Source: Bugula neritina (taxonomy: Eukaryota > Animalia > Bryozoa). Taken from it: a DNA stretch of 64,000 bases. Shown here one piece after another: positions 11,454 to 24,093 of this stretch (its first letter is position 1; each line of letters starts with the position of its first letter). The notes beneath the pieces were generated by a model, which worked only from the letters and a program-made list of their open reading frames with translations, had not been told where the DNA came from and made no database searches. The stretch is from NCBI GenBank assembly GCA_964035545.1, contig OZ037769.1:16460633-16524632 (forward strand), written 5' to 3'. The position numbers and the translations under genes are program-made.

Positions 11454-13523
11454 CTAACCAGATTCTATCTCCCACTTCTGGGTATCTTGAGTTCCACAGG
11501 TTCGCAGTCGTACTGGCAGGCTGGCCGACAGGTTTTCAACATCCATACACTTCCTGCTGTCCTTGTGGATGATGTGTTTACTCTCCTTGTCGTACTCCCA
11601 CAGCATGTTGCTGGGTGTCTGCTTGCCAACCGGACACTGCTGCATACTTATCGTAGCCTCGTCTCCACCATATGACATCAGGCACGTCTCCTCTCTCCTC
11701 AACTCTCCCTTGTGACTGAATGAGAACACCTGCAACATGTACAGAAGTAGTGTCAGACCTAAGGCTAAGACAACTAGGGCTATTGGGGAGGGGTATGACC
11801 CTTTCGCAGTAGAGATACAAACTGACCTCACTAGAACTTTTACCACCCTGACAAGGGTAGACTGCCAAGTCAAACACTTTCTTCTCGTCTTTGCCAAGTG
11901 TGTCTAGACACAGGTTTGTGGACGGGTTTCTAACCTACAACACCACGTAACTTCGCTATATTACTTCTACAGAATACACTCTCTCTGTACTTCTACAAAA
12001 TACACTCTCTGTACTTCTATAGAATACACTCTCTCTGTACTTCTACAGAATACACTCTCTGTACTTCTACAGAATACACTCTCTGAACTTCTACAGAATA
12101 CACTCTCTGTAGTTATACAGAATACACTCTGACACTATACTTCTACAGAATACACTCTCTGTACTTCTACAGAATACACTTTTTGTACTTCTACAGAATA
12201 CACTCTCTGTAGTTATACAGAATACACTCTGACACTGTATAAACAAACCATTCCGTGACTCTGCACATTCTCATCAGGGATGAACTTCTCTGGGTAGACA
12301 TTATCCAAGTACCACTTGAAGCTCTTACAGCCCAACCTGTTTCTCAACTCCACTCTCTCCGACATGTCCCCTGCATCAACCGTCTGCAACAACAGACGTA
12401 CAGGATCAAGGTCAAATCACTGTGTGTCCCACGGTCAACAAAGCTTGAACATTACTATTAAGAGCATAGCTCCAAAACATGACAGACGTACAAGTAACAA
12501 GGTCAAGGTTGAATTATTGTGTAATGCCATTATTAGTAGAAGGATAACTCCAAAACAGATGATGACTCATACAGCTATGACTCACCAACAGCTCTTGTCT
12601 GTGCATGTAAAACAACCTCTTGTACTCATCCATCCAGACTTCTGCGAGTCGCTTTGAGTTTATGCCATGAGTGTCTTTGTTGCCTGAAAATACAAAATGA
12701 TTAGCACTATTTACTTATTGAATAATCAGATTAAAGATTGAAAGAGTACGAGTGTGTAATAAACAGCGTTAGCCTCTTTATAATTAGCATGACCAACAAT
12801 GCTCACCTGGGAACGTGTAGGGGTGGCTAGACCTGAATATGTGCCCCACCCTTGAGCATGGTATGAATTCTAAGGATCCCCCACACATCCAAACCTACAC
12901 ACAACCAGAGTGCAGATAGCAAACATAGATATATAACTTGTAATGGTAGTGACTAGTAACTCTTAGTGGTAGTTACTAGTTACTCATAGTGATAGTTACT
13001 AGTTACTCATAGTGATAGTTACTGGTAACTCATAGTGATAGTTACTGGTAACTCATAGTGATAGTTACTAGTAACTCTTAGTGGCAATGACTTTACAAAC
13101 AGTATAAGTTGGATGAGATCAACATTGGAAAATTCCTATAAATATTATTACTGTTGATATTCTGAGTTGTTTAATATTTATTTCATCAGTCTGTAACAAA
13201 GTGCATCCTGCAAATCTTGTACAGAACGAATTCGAATAGAACTGATATTTGAGAAAACTTTGGAACTTGTTTTTAGAAAAGTCAAATCAAATTATGAAAA
13301 GTTGAACTCTCACTCTAAATGAGATCTCCAGGTTCTCTCCTCCCCAGACGTCCATGCCCGGGTCGTATCCGCCAATCTCCCAAAAGTACTTCCTGTCGGC
13401 TGCAAACAGCCCTCCGGCCATAGTTGGTGATCTGAAGAAGAAAGCAGACGTTATATTTCAGCAGAAGAAAAGCAGTCAACCAGTACAAGCAGAACAGAGT
13501 GGCAGTACTATAGTAGCAGCAGC

Positions 13524-13561
<38 letters not shown>

Positions 13562-13588
13562 TATAGTAGTACTCGCAGTGATAGTAGC

Positions 13589-13665
<77 letters not shown>

Positions 13666-13791
13666 CAGTAGCAGTAGCAGTAGCAGTAGCAGTAGCAGTA
13701 GCAGTAGCAGTAGCAGTAGTAGTAGTAGTAGTAGTAGCAGTAGTAGTAGTAGTAGTAGTAGTAGCAGTAGCATCAGTAGTAGTACTAGTAC

Positions 13792-13823
<32 letters not shown>

Positions 13824-13914
13824 CTACTGCTGCTACTGCGATTACTACTAGTAGTAGTTGCAGCAGCAGCAGTAATAGTAGTAGAAGTAGCAGTAGCAGC
13901 AGTAGTAGCAGTAA

Positions 13915-13974
<60 letters not shown>

Positions 13975-16900
13975 CAGTAGTAGTGGAAGTAGCAGTAATA
14001 GCAGTAATAGTAGTAGTAGAAGTAGCAGTAGTAGCAGTAATAGTAGTAGAAGTAGTAGTAGTAGTAGCAGTAGTAGTGGTAGCAGTATTAGTAGTAGTAT
14101 TACCAGTAGTATCGATAGCAGTAGGTGGGCATATATAGCAGTAGGTGGGTATATATAGCAGTAGGTGGGCATATATAGCAGTAGGTGGGTATATATAGCA
14201 GTAGGTGGGCATATAGAGCAGTAGGTGGGTATATATAGCAGTAGGTGGGCATATATAGCAGTAGGTGGGTATATATAGCAGTAGGTGGGCATATATAGCA
14301 GTAGGTGGGTATATATAGCAGTAGGTGGGCATATATAGCAGTAGGTGGGTATATATAGCAGTAGGTGGGCATATATAGCAGTAGGTGGGTATATATAGCA
14401 GTAGGTGGGCATATATAGCAGTAGGTGGGTATATATAGCAGTAGGTGGGCATATATAGCAGTAGGTGGGTATATATAGCAGTAGTAACAGTTATGAGCAG
14501 CATTGCTTGGCATCAAACATTTGATAATTTGAGCAGAATGTATGCAGCAGAAACTGAGACAGAGTTAGGCAGAGAAGGTTTTACAAGATTTTATTAGGAA
14601 GGAAGGCAACTCTCCACAAACCGGTACTATTTATCAATAGTGGACCATGAAGGTCACATAAAGGTCACATATTTCACACAAGCAAAGCGACTTCATTGGC
14701 CAATTGTCATTTCTATATTTTAACTAGAGTATTCTTCTACGCAGTGTACTAAAGAGATGAGAGTGGATAACTCTATGCAGTGTACTAAGAAGAAGAGAGA
14801 AGATAACTCTATGCAGTGTACTAAAGAGATGAGAGAAGATAACTCTATGCAGTGTACTAAGGAGATGAGAGAAGATAATTCTATGCAGTGTACTAAGGAG
14901 AAGATAACTCTATGCAGTGTACTAAGAAGAGAGAAGATAACTCTATGCAGAGTACTAAGGAGAAGATAACTCTATGCAGTGTACTAAGGAGAAGAGAGAA
15001 GATAACTCTATGCAGAGTACTAAGGAGAAGAAATTGGAAGTATTTAGCAGACATAGCAAGGAGTTGTAAGAAATGGCACAATAACTGACCTAATATAATC
15101 AGCCATTGACTTGCGTCGACTCATTTCTCTATCAAATGTTTGATGCCAAGTGAAATGGAGGCTCCACGAGAACCCGCCCACTGCTTCACCGCCATTTAAA
15201 GAGTAAAACAAAGTGTTATCATCAATTGCATCTATCATGGGACAGAGAATGGCCGAGCGCTTCTCTTTGATCCGATTTAGCAGAGGTTCTAACCTAGAAT
15301 CACACGTTGAAAGCCACGGTGAGCACACAGCAGACACCTTGGCCCCTAGCCCTAGCGCTAGACCCTAGCCCGAGAGCTATAGTCTAGCAGGTGACGTCAC
15401 CTGATGTAGTCAGTGATAGACTTGCGTCTGGCCTTCTCCTCGGGAGGCATGGGACGCCAGGAGAAGTGGAGGGACCACCAGAACCCCCCTCTGGCCTCCA
15501 TGCCCACGTAGCCGTAGTGGAGGGTGTGGTCACTGATTACGTCTATCATCGGGCAGAGAACGGCAGTCCTTTTCTCCTTGATACGAGCCAACATCGGCTC
15601 TAACCTTGTCACAGTCAAACATTGACCTCTTCATGCAATCTCACAGCAAGTTATACTATCAACAGTGATCTCTAGTCTAATCATATATCAGAATGCACAG
15701 AGTATATTGGTTTGTAAGAAAGATCTCTCAGACTTGAGATAAAATAACAGGTGAATATTTGGTCAACATAGAACTTCCCTTGTGTATTGAGAAACTCAAC
15801 CCTATACCAACACCTGACTAATTTAAAACAAGAACCTAATCATTACATAGCTCTGTTCAAGTCAGTGTAGACCGTGTGCACTTTGACCCTTAGAAGTCAG
15901 CGAAGGAAGTGACGTATGACTCACCAGCCCTCGGCAGCCTCGCAGTGAGAGTCTAGGAAGATGAGGACATCCCCGGTTGCTGCCTCAGCCCCTGCTATCC
16001 TCGCCCTGATGAGTCCACTTCTTTTCTTAGTGCGCACGTACTTGACTACTCCGTCCGGCCACTCCTTCTTGATGTACTCCTTCACTCTCTCGCATTCCTC
16101 GGCACACTGCAGCTCCTCTGTATGAATATCACACTGATCTCTACCAGTACTACACACTGAGCTCTACTAGTACTACACACTGACCTCTACTAGTATTACA
16201 CACTGAGCTCTACTAGTACTACACACTGACTTCTACTAGTATTACACACTGAGCTCTACTAGTACTACACACTGACCTCTACTAGTACTACACACTGACC
16301 TCTACTAGTACTACACACTGACCTCTACTAGTACTACACACTGAGCTCTACCAGTACTACACACTGAGCTCTACCAGTACTACACACTGACCTCTACTAG
16401 TATTACACACTGACCTCTACCAGTACTACACACTGACCTCTACTAGTATTACACACTGAGCTCTACCAGTACTACACACTGACCTCTACTAGTACTACAC
16501 ATTGACCTCTACTAGTACTACACACTGACCTCTATTACTAAAGTCATCGAGCAGAATGACCTCGTGGAGGTGGTCAGGTGGAGATCTATTCACCACGCTG
16601 TGCACAGTTCTCATCAACGCTGACCAAGCCTCGTTGTGGAATATTATGACCACACTGGCACTCGGGAGGTCCTTCGGGTACGTCAGCTTTTTGCACCTTC
16701 AACAGCAGAAACATGGGAGTTCAGAGGAACAGTAACTCCAACTCAGTTAGTAGACATTGAATGACTAAACAGCTGACTCTAGGTCACTATGCTTTGGGCA
16801 GGTAAACAACACAGGTGTGGATTTGATATAAAAACTACCCATCCGGAAAATAACAAAAGTTTTGAAGCTCAAACATTTACACTGCGAGGCTTACAATGAC

Positions 16901-19868
16901 AAAAGGCTATTACAAGCAAACACACTTAGTAAAACTTTGAATACATTGAAAGTTAGATGGCAATATATCAGCATTAACTGAGGATTAAGTTGCATTGCTC
17001 AATCTGTAATTTACTAACAACTAGACTAACTTAACAGTAGCTAGTAATTAACTTTAGTTAGTAGTTAGTATTAAAGACTTGCTATCATTAATTAACCCCT
17101 CTCTCCTACTACTAGAACAGTTATGGCTGGCTGATTTTAACCTAATTAATTATATAATATACTCTGTTGAAATATATTCTATAATTTAGGGAAAACTAGA
17201 ACATAAACGAAATCAAATAAATGGCCATAGCCTTACATAATGTATTCATAGGTTACATACATTTTGATATATTAGGAAGGTTATTGTTGATGCATTTATC
17301 TTTGTGACGAGAAGAACTATTATCAATCTTTCTAATTATTTAAACAAAAACCCAGTCATGGGTATCTAGTAAAATAATTCACAAATACTCACTTGTAGAC
17401 GTGATATAAAACTTAAAACACACCAAATTATCAGTAAAAGTAGTCTGGGCTCTATAACATAGCCTGAATTCTATCCTAATAATAAAATGATATCACACCT
17501 TAAGACATGCTGGTGCCTTCACCTGATGTACTCTAGTCCATGCTATCAGTCTGTATGCATGTATTAGTTAAGTTACCTTACTATATATATATTCTCATAA
17601 ACTGTAGTACCTTGTCAAGTCATGCAGCCATAAAGGTATGAACTATCACTAATAGCTATATTGTAGTTTATTTCTAACTTTCTTTCAGTTACTTAGTTTC
17701 AGTGCTGAAATTAAAAGAAAATTAATTCAGTGCCAAAAAACACAGCCAACATATTCTGCTATCAACTTTTACTTTTACATAAAGAGAATTATGTAAATGT
17801 AGTTGAATTAAACAACAGATAATTAGAAAGGTAATTTTCTTTTTAAGCAAGAAAATGTTTTTTGTAAACAAAACAATGTATTTTTTAAATGTTAGTATCA
17901 TAATATAATATAAAGTAATGTATATTATATTTATATACAATAGCTATTATGCGTTATGTAAATTGCATATATTATACTGAAGGGACTACATGTGTATTTA
18001 TAACAGTGTGTCAGCTAATACAACCCAGCAGAATCTCTCCACAGCCTTACTCTGAAATCATATTGATGAGGAAGACCAATTTGTAGTAGTAATACACGAC
18101 TGGTTCTATTGCTACTTGATACCCTTTGAAAAGGTAATGCATCTTCCACAGAATCTACATGGTAAAGCTGGGAGGGTGGTTAATGTGTGTAGTCAAGTGT
18201 TGTGTTACCTTTGTTTCTGACTGCATTAAAATATTTATAATGAAGTGATTTTAGTTGAATATCTGAGCAGTGCACTTCATTTATAATTTCTTACAACAAT
18301 AGCTACAGTGAGTAGGTCTCAAAGGGACCCAGTCTCTTGTAGAACATTCTAGACTACTGACTGTAACCAAACCTACACAGCTTTATGTTCAAGCTGTCTA
18401 TATTCAGAGTTGGTATCTTTCACGCTGCATGAAAATAGCCTTAGATACAGGTTTTCAGTTTAGTTTAAACAAGCTTGTGTACAATTAGTTAGGGTTGTTA
18501 AGTAAGGGAAGCTATATTTAAACTAGCCTATGCTATAAAATTATTTAAGCCAAAGATACACCATTACAATGAGCTCTATTACAATACACAGTAACACTCA
18601 TTGACATGATGACTAATTATGAGATGTGAGGTCTTTTATATTTAAATAAGGTAAAAAGATGAAACTTATTGTGTTAAAAACTTTAAAATACAAACTCCCA
18701 ACAGTGGGTTGTAAGAACATCAGTATGTGAAATGCATGGCCTAATATTACAATATACTTTATACCGCTTAGATTCAAAATTTTGTCTGGTTGACTTTAAC
18801 ATAATTTATATATTATTTGAGTAAGTTATACTTTTGATTAGAAATAGTGAATTCTGAAAATTCTGAAATGGTTTCAAAGTGTATCAAGTTACCTAAACCA
18901 AACCTATTAAAATATGATTGAGTAAATTATGATCATTTTGTGTCAGTCAGTCAGTCATACTAAGTATTAGCTCTAATTTTAGGTTTGATTGCAGCAATAT
19001 AGTGATTGCCAATGTAAACATACGTTATCTGTCTCATTGTTGAGCTCTCCCTATTACATCCTAACAGGTGCCTAATTTGTGCAGTCACAATCTCTTCTCA
19101 AAACTCTTTTGCTGCATTCACCCAATCTCTCACATGAAGTTAAAAACCCTCTTTCTAACATGCCCACCACCATAATATAATTATTTATAATCCTACAAGC
19201 CACACCCACATTACACTTTATCCCACTGATTGACTCAATTCATAAATTGTGTACTTTCTGTGCATTGCGGGAAAAATAACACCAACTGCCTATCAATAGA
19301 TGACAAATCGTGATGTAACAGTTTTACTATTAGAAATGATATTTTCTAAAGCCAATAGTAGTAATATTAATTCATAATGATATAAAAATTTAAACTTCTA
19401 GTCCTTACAGCTTTAAGTTTATAAGAGTAAGTGCATTGTCATTGTGATAGGGTTTGGATTGCACAGTTAGGTTACTTACGCTGGATCTCTAATATCCTTT
19501 AATGTTCGGTTAAGAGCAATTCTGTTGCTGGCTATTATATTAAAAGCTTCTTTTTTAAACAAACTATCAGCCAAAGCTTTATCTTTCCCAGTCAACTGAA
19601 CTGCAGCACCCCTTTCTCCTGGTGAACCAGCATTTTCTTTATCTCTATTCGCATATCTATCGTATCTATAGGCTGCTTTTTTCATGCTTAGGCCATTGGC
19701 AGAGTCTCGTTTGTTGATTCCAAGTTCAGTATTATCTAGTTGACCATCCCCAGCTTGATTATCATTCAAAGCAGAGTGCCAAACCGTATACAATACTATT
19801 ATTAATATTGCGCACCCGATCAAGCGTGTGTTTGTCCACCCATATCTTCTTAGGCATCTTGACAACAT
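11454..19868 (-). CDS. GALNT: Polypeptide N-acetylgalactosaminyltransferase (GT27, ricin lectin C-terminus); exons approx. 19868-19480, 16696-16530, 16117-15925, [15604-15401 or 15293-15090], 13431-13314, 12894-12807, 12683-12586, 12384-12250, 11934-11827, 11729-11454
   Basis: Type II TM anchor, then [18 protein letters not shown], the DxH motif [61 protein letters not shown] and lectin CLD/QKW repeats. The exact subfamily is not assigned. Confidence 0.92.
11962..12240. repeat. About 24-bp minisatellite (TTCTACAGAATACACTCTCTGTAC) in a GALNT intron
   Basis: About 11 visible units. Confidence 0.9.
12945..13085. repeat. About 21-bp minisatellite with a TAGTGATAGTTACT core in a GALNT intron
   Basis: About 6 visible units. 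Confidence 0.8.
13500..14115. repeat. (TAG)n/(GCAGTA)n compound microsatellite
   Basis: Directly visible. It is the source of the spurious poly-L, poly-T and poly-V ORFs. Confidence 0.97.
14116..14482. repeat. 20-bp minisatellite GCAGTAGGTGGG(C/T)ATATATA with strict C/T alternation (40-bp higher-order unit)
   Basis: About 18 units, adjoining the GCAGTA microsatellite. Confidence 0.95.
14738..15030. repeat. 29-34-bp minisatellite (GAAGATAACTCTATGCAGTGTACTAAGGA core) downstream of GALNT exon B
   Basis: About 9 visible units. Confidence 0.9.
15090..15293 (-). CDS. GALNT alternative catalytic exon B (204 nt, phase 2-2)
   Basis: Encodes [30 protein letters not shown]...[11 protein letters not shown]...DYIR, flanked by TAG| and |GTCAGT. 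Confidence 0.85.
15401..15604 (-). CDS. GALNT alternative catalytic exon A (204 nt, phase 2-2)
   Basis: Encodes [30 protein letters not shown]...[11 protein letters not shown]...DYIR, flanked by AAG| and |GTGACG. Confidence 0.85.
16125..16545 (-). repeat. 23-bp minisatellite containing the GALNT exon 2 donor junction
   Basis: Minus-strand unit TAGTACTAGTAGAG|GTCAGTGTG compared with the true junction TAGTAATAGAG|GTCAGTGTG. About 18 units. Confidence 0.9.
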
Positions 19869-22617
19869 TTTGAACAAACTATTTATGCAGTGATAATTAA
19901 AAATAATATCTAAAACGAGGTGAAGAAAAAAGAGGCATATCCATACTCATACGACATACTCGTAGCGGTCTTCCAACTTTCTTTTTGCAAGTGAAAACTC
20001 GTAAACGGAAATTGCAACTCGCTTTTTAATTGGATATTTAGATGCACGATAACCTTAATTTTTAATAAACTTACACACTAACGAGAGGGCTCAATAGGTA
20101 TCCGCAATTAAACAATTCAAAAAACGCTTACATAGAAACAACAAACTACTCATCAAATAAATAACTGTTTAAAATGATGTCTCCACAAGGTTACACACAG
20201 TTCATTATTCGCTATTTCAGATGACTTTGTGAAAATTACTTGTCACTGTGGGGGTTTACTAGTATGCGGATAGCATAATTACAATCATAATGTTATTGTT
20301 AAACTCAATGAAATCATTTATACTCATACTGAATTGATTATTGGTATTGACGAATTGCCGCACATCGCCGTTATTACATCATTATTGCCAATTATTTTAG
20401 TTTAATAAATGGTAGAATTATGAGTGCACAACGATGCTTGAGACGAGTTGAATCTGAGTCTCAGTCTAACTTCAACTTTAAATTTTAGAATTTAGATCGA
20501 TCACGAACTCTTTTCAAGAGTCAAACTTCAACTCAAGTTGAATTCAAACTCAAAGTCAATGTTTAGATTTTGGAGTTTGTCATACTGATAGTGATAAGTG
20601 ATACTCATAGTCATAGTGATACTCATATGTAATACTAATAGTAATATTTATATTAATACTAATACTAATAGTAATACTAATACTAATAGTAATACTATTA
20701 CTATTAGTAATACTAATAGTAATACTTATACTTATAGTTATACATTAACTTATAGTAATAATGTTTACGTTGTAACTTTAAGATGCTTCAGGTTGGCCTT
20801 TATTAAAACTAATAATTATTATATAAATATATTGCTTAATAATATTAGTTATTACTTATAGTTATTAATAGTACTAAAAGTAAATCTAATACTAATATTA
20901 ATAACTATAGTATATGATCATGATTAGTATAAGTACTAATACTAATAGTAATAGTAATACTGGTTTAAACATTTACATTTTGATTTTGTGTCCCATACCG
21001 GTGCTGGCCCTGAGTCTGATGCTCATAGTTATTAGTATTACTAATAACTATAAGTAATAAGTAATACTGATAGTTAGGCCTAAGTATTGTCATTGTAACA
21101 ATCATTTTACTTGGAATCTAATGGTATTTAAATTGATTGTGAAATTATGCAGGATATTTAGTCATTAAATCACCTTTTAAAGTCATCATAAAAATTTTAC
21201 AGTCACTAATAATCAGCGAAATGACTTATTAGTATTACTATTTATTATTTTTACTTTTAGTGATGGAATAATAACTTTAAGTTTAATCATAATATCACTA
21301 ATATAACTGATACATTCTCCTACTCATACTATTACTGCAGATTGTGAACTCCATTATACTGGCAGCGAAATTATACATTTATCACTATTACTTTTATCAC
21401 TCAAATCTTATAGTGGCAGTTTTAGTAACTCTAGACTTATTATATGGGTTAATATGGCAGGAATGTAGTTGCCAGGTTTGAATCATCAAATCAAATTGTG
21501 TTATTTTCAGTAGTGTTCAAAGTAGCAGCCAGTTTTGTCAAGTTCTCAAAAAAGTTAAAGAAAGTCAACCAATGGCTTGAATTGGATTTTATCAATTCTA
21601 TTTGACTTTCAAGTCTTTTGTCTACAGCACAAACGTTTGAACAATTAGCAACATAGGAGTTGTTGAGAATTGGTCAGCCAAATCAAGTGAACATTAACTT
21701 GGCCATGTAATTCGGTTTTACTGAAATAAACGATATTTATTATTAAGGCATTTTAGACCTTTTTTTAGGTTTAAATTCAATATATCATTGCTTACTTGAT
21801 TTAGATATTGTGGGAGATTTGGTATTCAAGAATAATGTAACTTAGTTGGTTTATTGTAATTTTTGTGGTAAATTAAAATTTGAGATTTTTAACAAATATG
21901 CTTTTCATATTACAGAAACATTTGAAGCCCTTGTACTGTGGATCCCCTCCTGTCCCACCCGTCATGTGATTGTGTAACATTGCTGGACTTGAGGCTTACT
22001 AGGTAAGTTATAGTCTAACAAATTTTGACGCCTACCATTCTTTTAGTTAGTGGAGAGAATTAAAAGTAATTATTTACAGACATAACTTTATGCAGTTGAG
22101 ATTTTAACTCGAGTTTGTTGAAAGTAGTAATTCCTATACTGGTGATTCAATCTCATAGTGCTAATGATGAAATAACAGTAACTTAGTGAAACATGCTAAC
22201 TTATTCATTGTTACTGTTACTTTTCTCTCTTTTAATCTGAACTATATATGATGTGTTACTTTTAACATGAAGTCTTGCACTGAATGTAATGTGATATTTT
22301 TTGAAAGTGAAATTAAATCCCTGGCCATCTCTAAGGCTGCGTAATGATATGTACTCAGTTTATCGAATGAGTCCTGGTATAGTAGCTGGTGGGTATACAA
22401 GATGTATGATTCTCCATAACATATTCACGTGTGCGGCATTTGTATATTCTTGTGATCTAAACATCTAGTTTCATCATAGACTGGAATCATAACCTTGAAA
22501 TTGTCTTTGTCATTTCCAGGGTCTCACTCTACTCTGAAGCTTGTCCCTAAGCTGTATGGTATGGTTGTTGACCTTGACATAATTCTTAGAAGCCACCAGT
22601 TCAACTGAGACTTACTC

Positions 22618-22947
22618 ATGGAAGCCTATGTATACTGGCTAGCTCCGCTGCTAATATGCCTCTTTATGATGCTGATGCTTGGCTTAGGGATTCTCTTGTG
22701 TTACAAGCTGAGGTCGGGGCACTCCCCCAAACCCCCGTCCCAAAGTAGCTGCACTTGCAAGCGTAAAGTAACGGTCAAATCTCGTGCTAAGTCATTTCTC
22801 GCCAGCTCTATATTTTTCACACAAACTTCCGAATTGGCAGTAGATGGGCCGATGTATCGTAAATGTGACGCACGCTGCTGCTGTAACCACTCCGGCAGCG
22901 TCTCTACATCCACCAGGCAGCAACACAAGGGCTATCAACTGATATGA
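22618..22947 (+). CDS. Small (109 aa) single-pass membrane protein with a Cys-rich cytoplasmic tail, unrecognised
   Basis: Hydrophobic helix WLAPLLICLFMMLMLGLGILLCY followed by basic residues. An acceptor TTTCCAG| lies at 22519, an upstream non-coding exon at about 21916-22001, and the ORF is GC-richer than its flanks. Confidence 0.55.
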   Translation: MEAYVYWLAPLLICLFMMLMLGLGILLCYKLRSGHSPKPPSQSSCTCKRKVTVKSRAKSFLASSIFFTQTSELAVDGPMYRKCDARCCCNHSGSVSTSTRQQHKGYQLI

Positions 22948-24093
22948 GTCAGCCCTATGATGTAATCTCATTCAACTGTCTATTGGGAGATTTATTGACA
23001 TTTATTTTTGTTTAATCATCAAATGTTCATGCTTTGCTGCACTTTGACTGGAAAGTGCTTAATCATTCCATTGTTGTTTCTATGCTCTATTTTATGCTTG
23101 TTATTACAGAATTGCATTTCGTGCAACATCTATCAACTTGTCATGCTTGTTAATGTATTTACTAGTATTTAAGAATGTTATGTACATTTAATTTAGTCAT
23201 CTCCAGTTGTGAGAGTTTTGTAGAGGCTTGGAATCATTTTGCCACTTTTATTTTATGATAATTATATAATAGTTTTATATATATTGTGTTATTCCAGTTT
23301 TATGTATATTACTCGTTGCACATTGTTTTTTCTAATGAGTTTTGTTAACGAAATGTTTATAATAATATAGGACTAATTGCTAAAAACGAACACATGCGAT
23401 ATATTCTGAGTTACATTAGACCTGAAGCTAAGTTACTTTAGACCTTAGGCTGAGTTACATGAGAGCCTATAATGATGCAACTAGAAAACACTTGGCCATA
23501 GTGCACTTTGAACCCACTCTCATATGATAGCAGGGATAACATTTTTTATAAATTTATTCTCCATAGTTCACAGCCAGTTTCTAAGTGAAATATCACATCA
23601 GTCTAATACTTCAAACAGGAGTGTTATATTCAACCTGCTATTATCATATCAACTCTAATAACAGATGTTATATAATAGTGATAGTTAATTTCCTCTTTGT
23701 AAACAAGAGTCTTGCATAGTATAATAGAGATTATTATATTATGCAGATGTCCAGTTTCTTGAGAGTTTCGAGTAACTTAACTATTGCAGCTGTACAAATC
23801 CCTAAATATTATAATGTTTCCCAAACAACCCAACCTGCTGGGAGTATTTTCATTCAGTAAAGTTTATTGAATACTTATAACATACTAGTAAATATGTACA
23901 AGAGCATCATATATGCATTCAAAACTAACTACTATTAAGAATATATTTTCTATCAAGTAGAAATTACAAAATAAAATTGCACAACAAAGTAAATTTATAA
24001 GCAGTAATGGTTCTTCTAAATTCATTGCAACATGTAAAGCTTATCACGTGATATTAATATGAGTATTTTGTGTTATAAATAAATAGTATTACT

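Noticed and set aside
13315-14516. Poly-Leu, poly-Thr and poly-Val ORFs resembling mucin or TM proteins
   Set aside because: They are artefacts of the (TAG)n and 20-bp repeats inside a GALNT intron.
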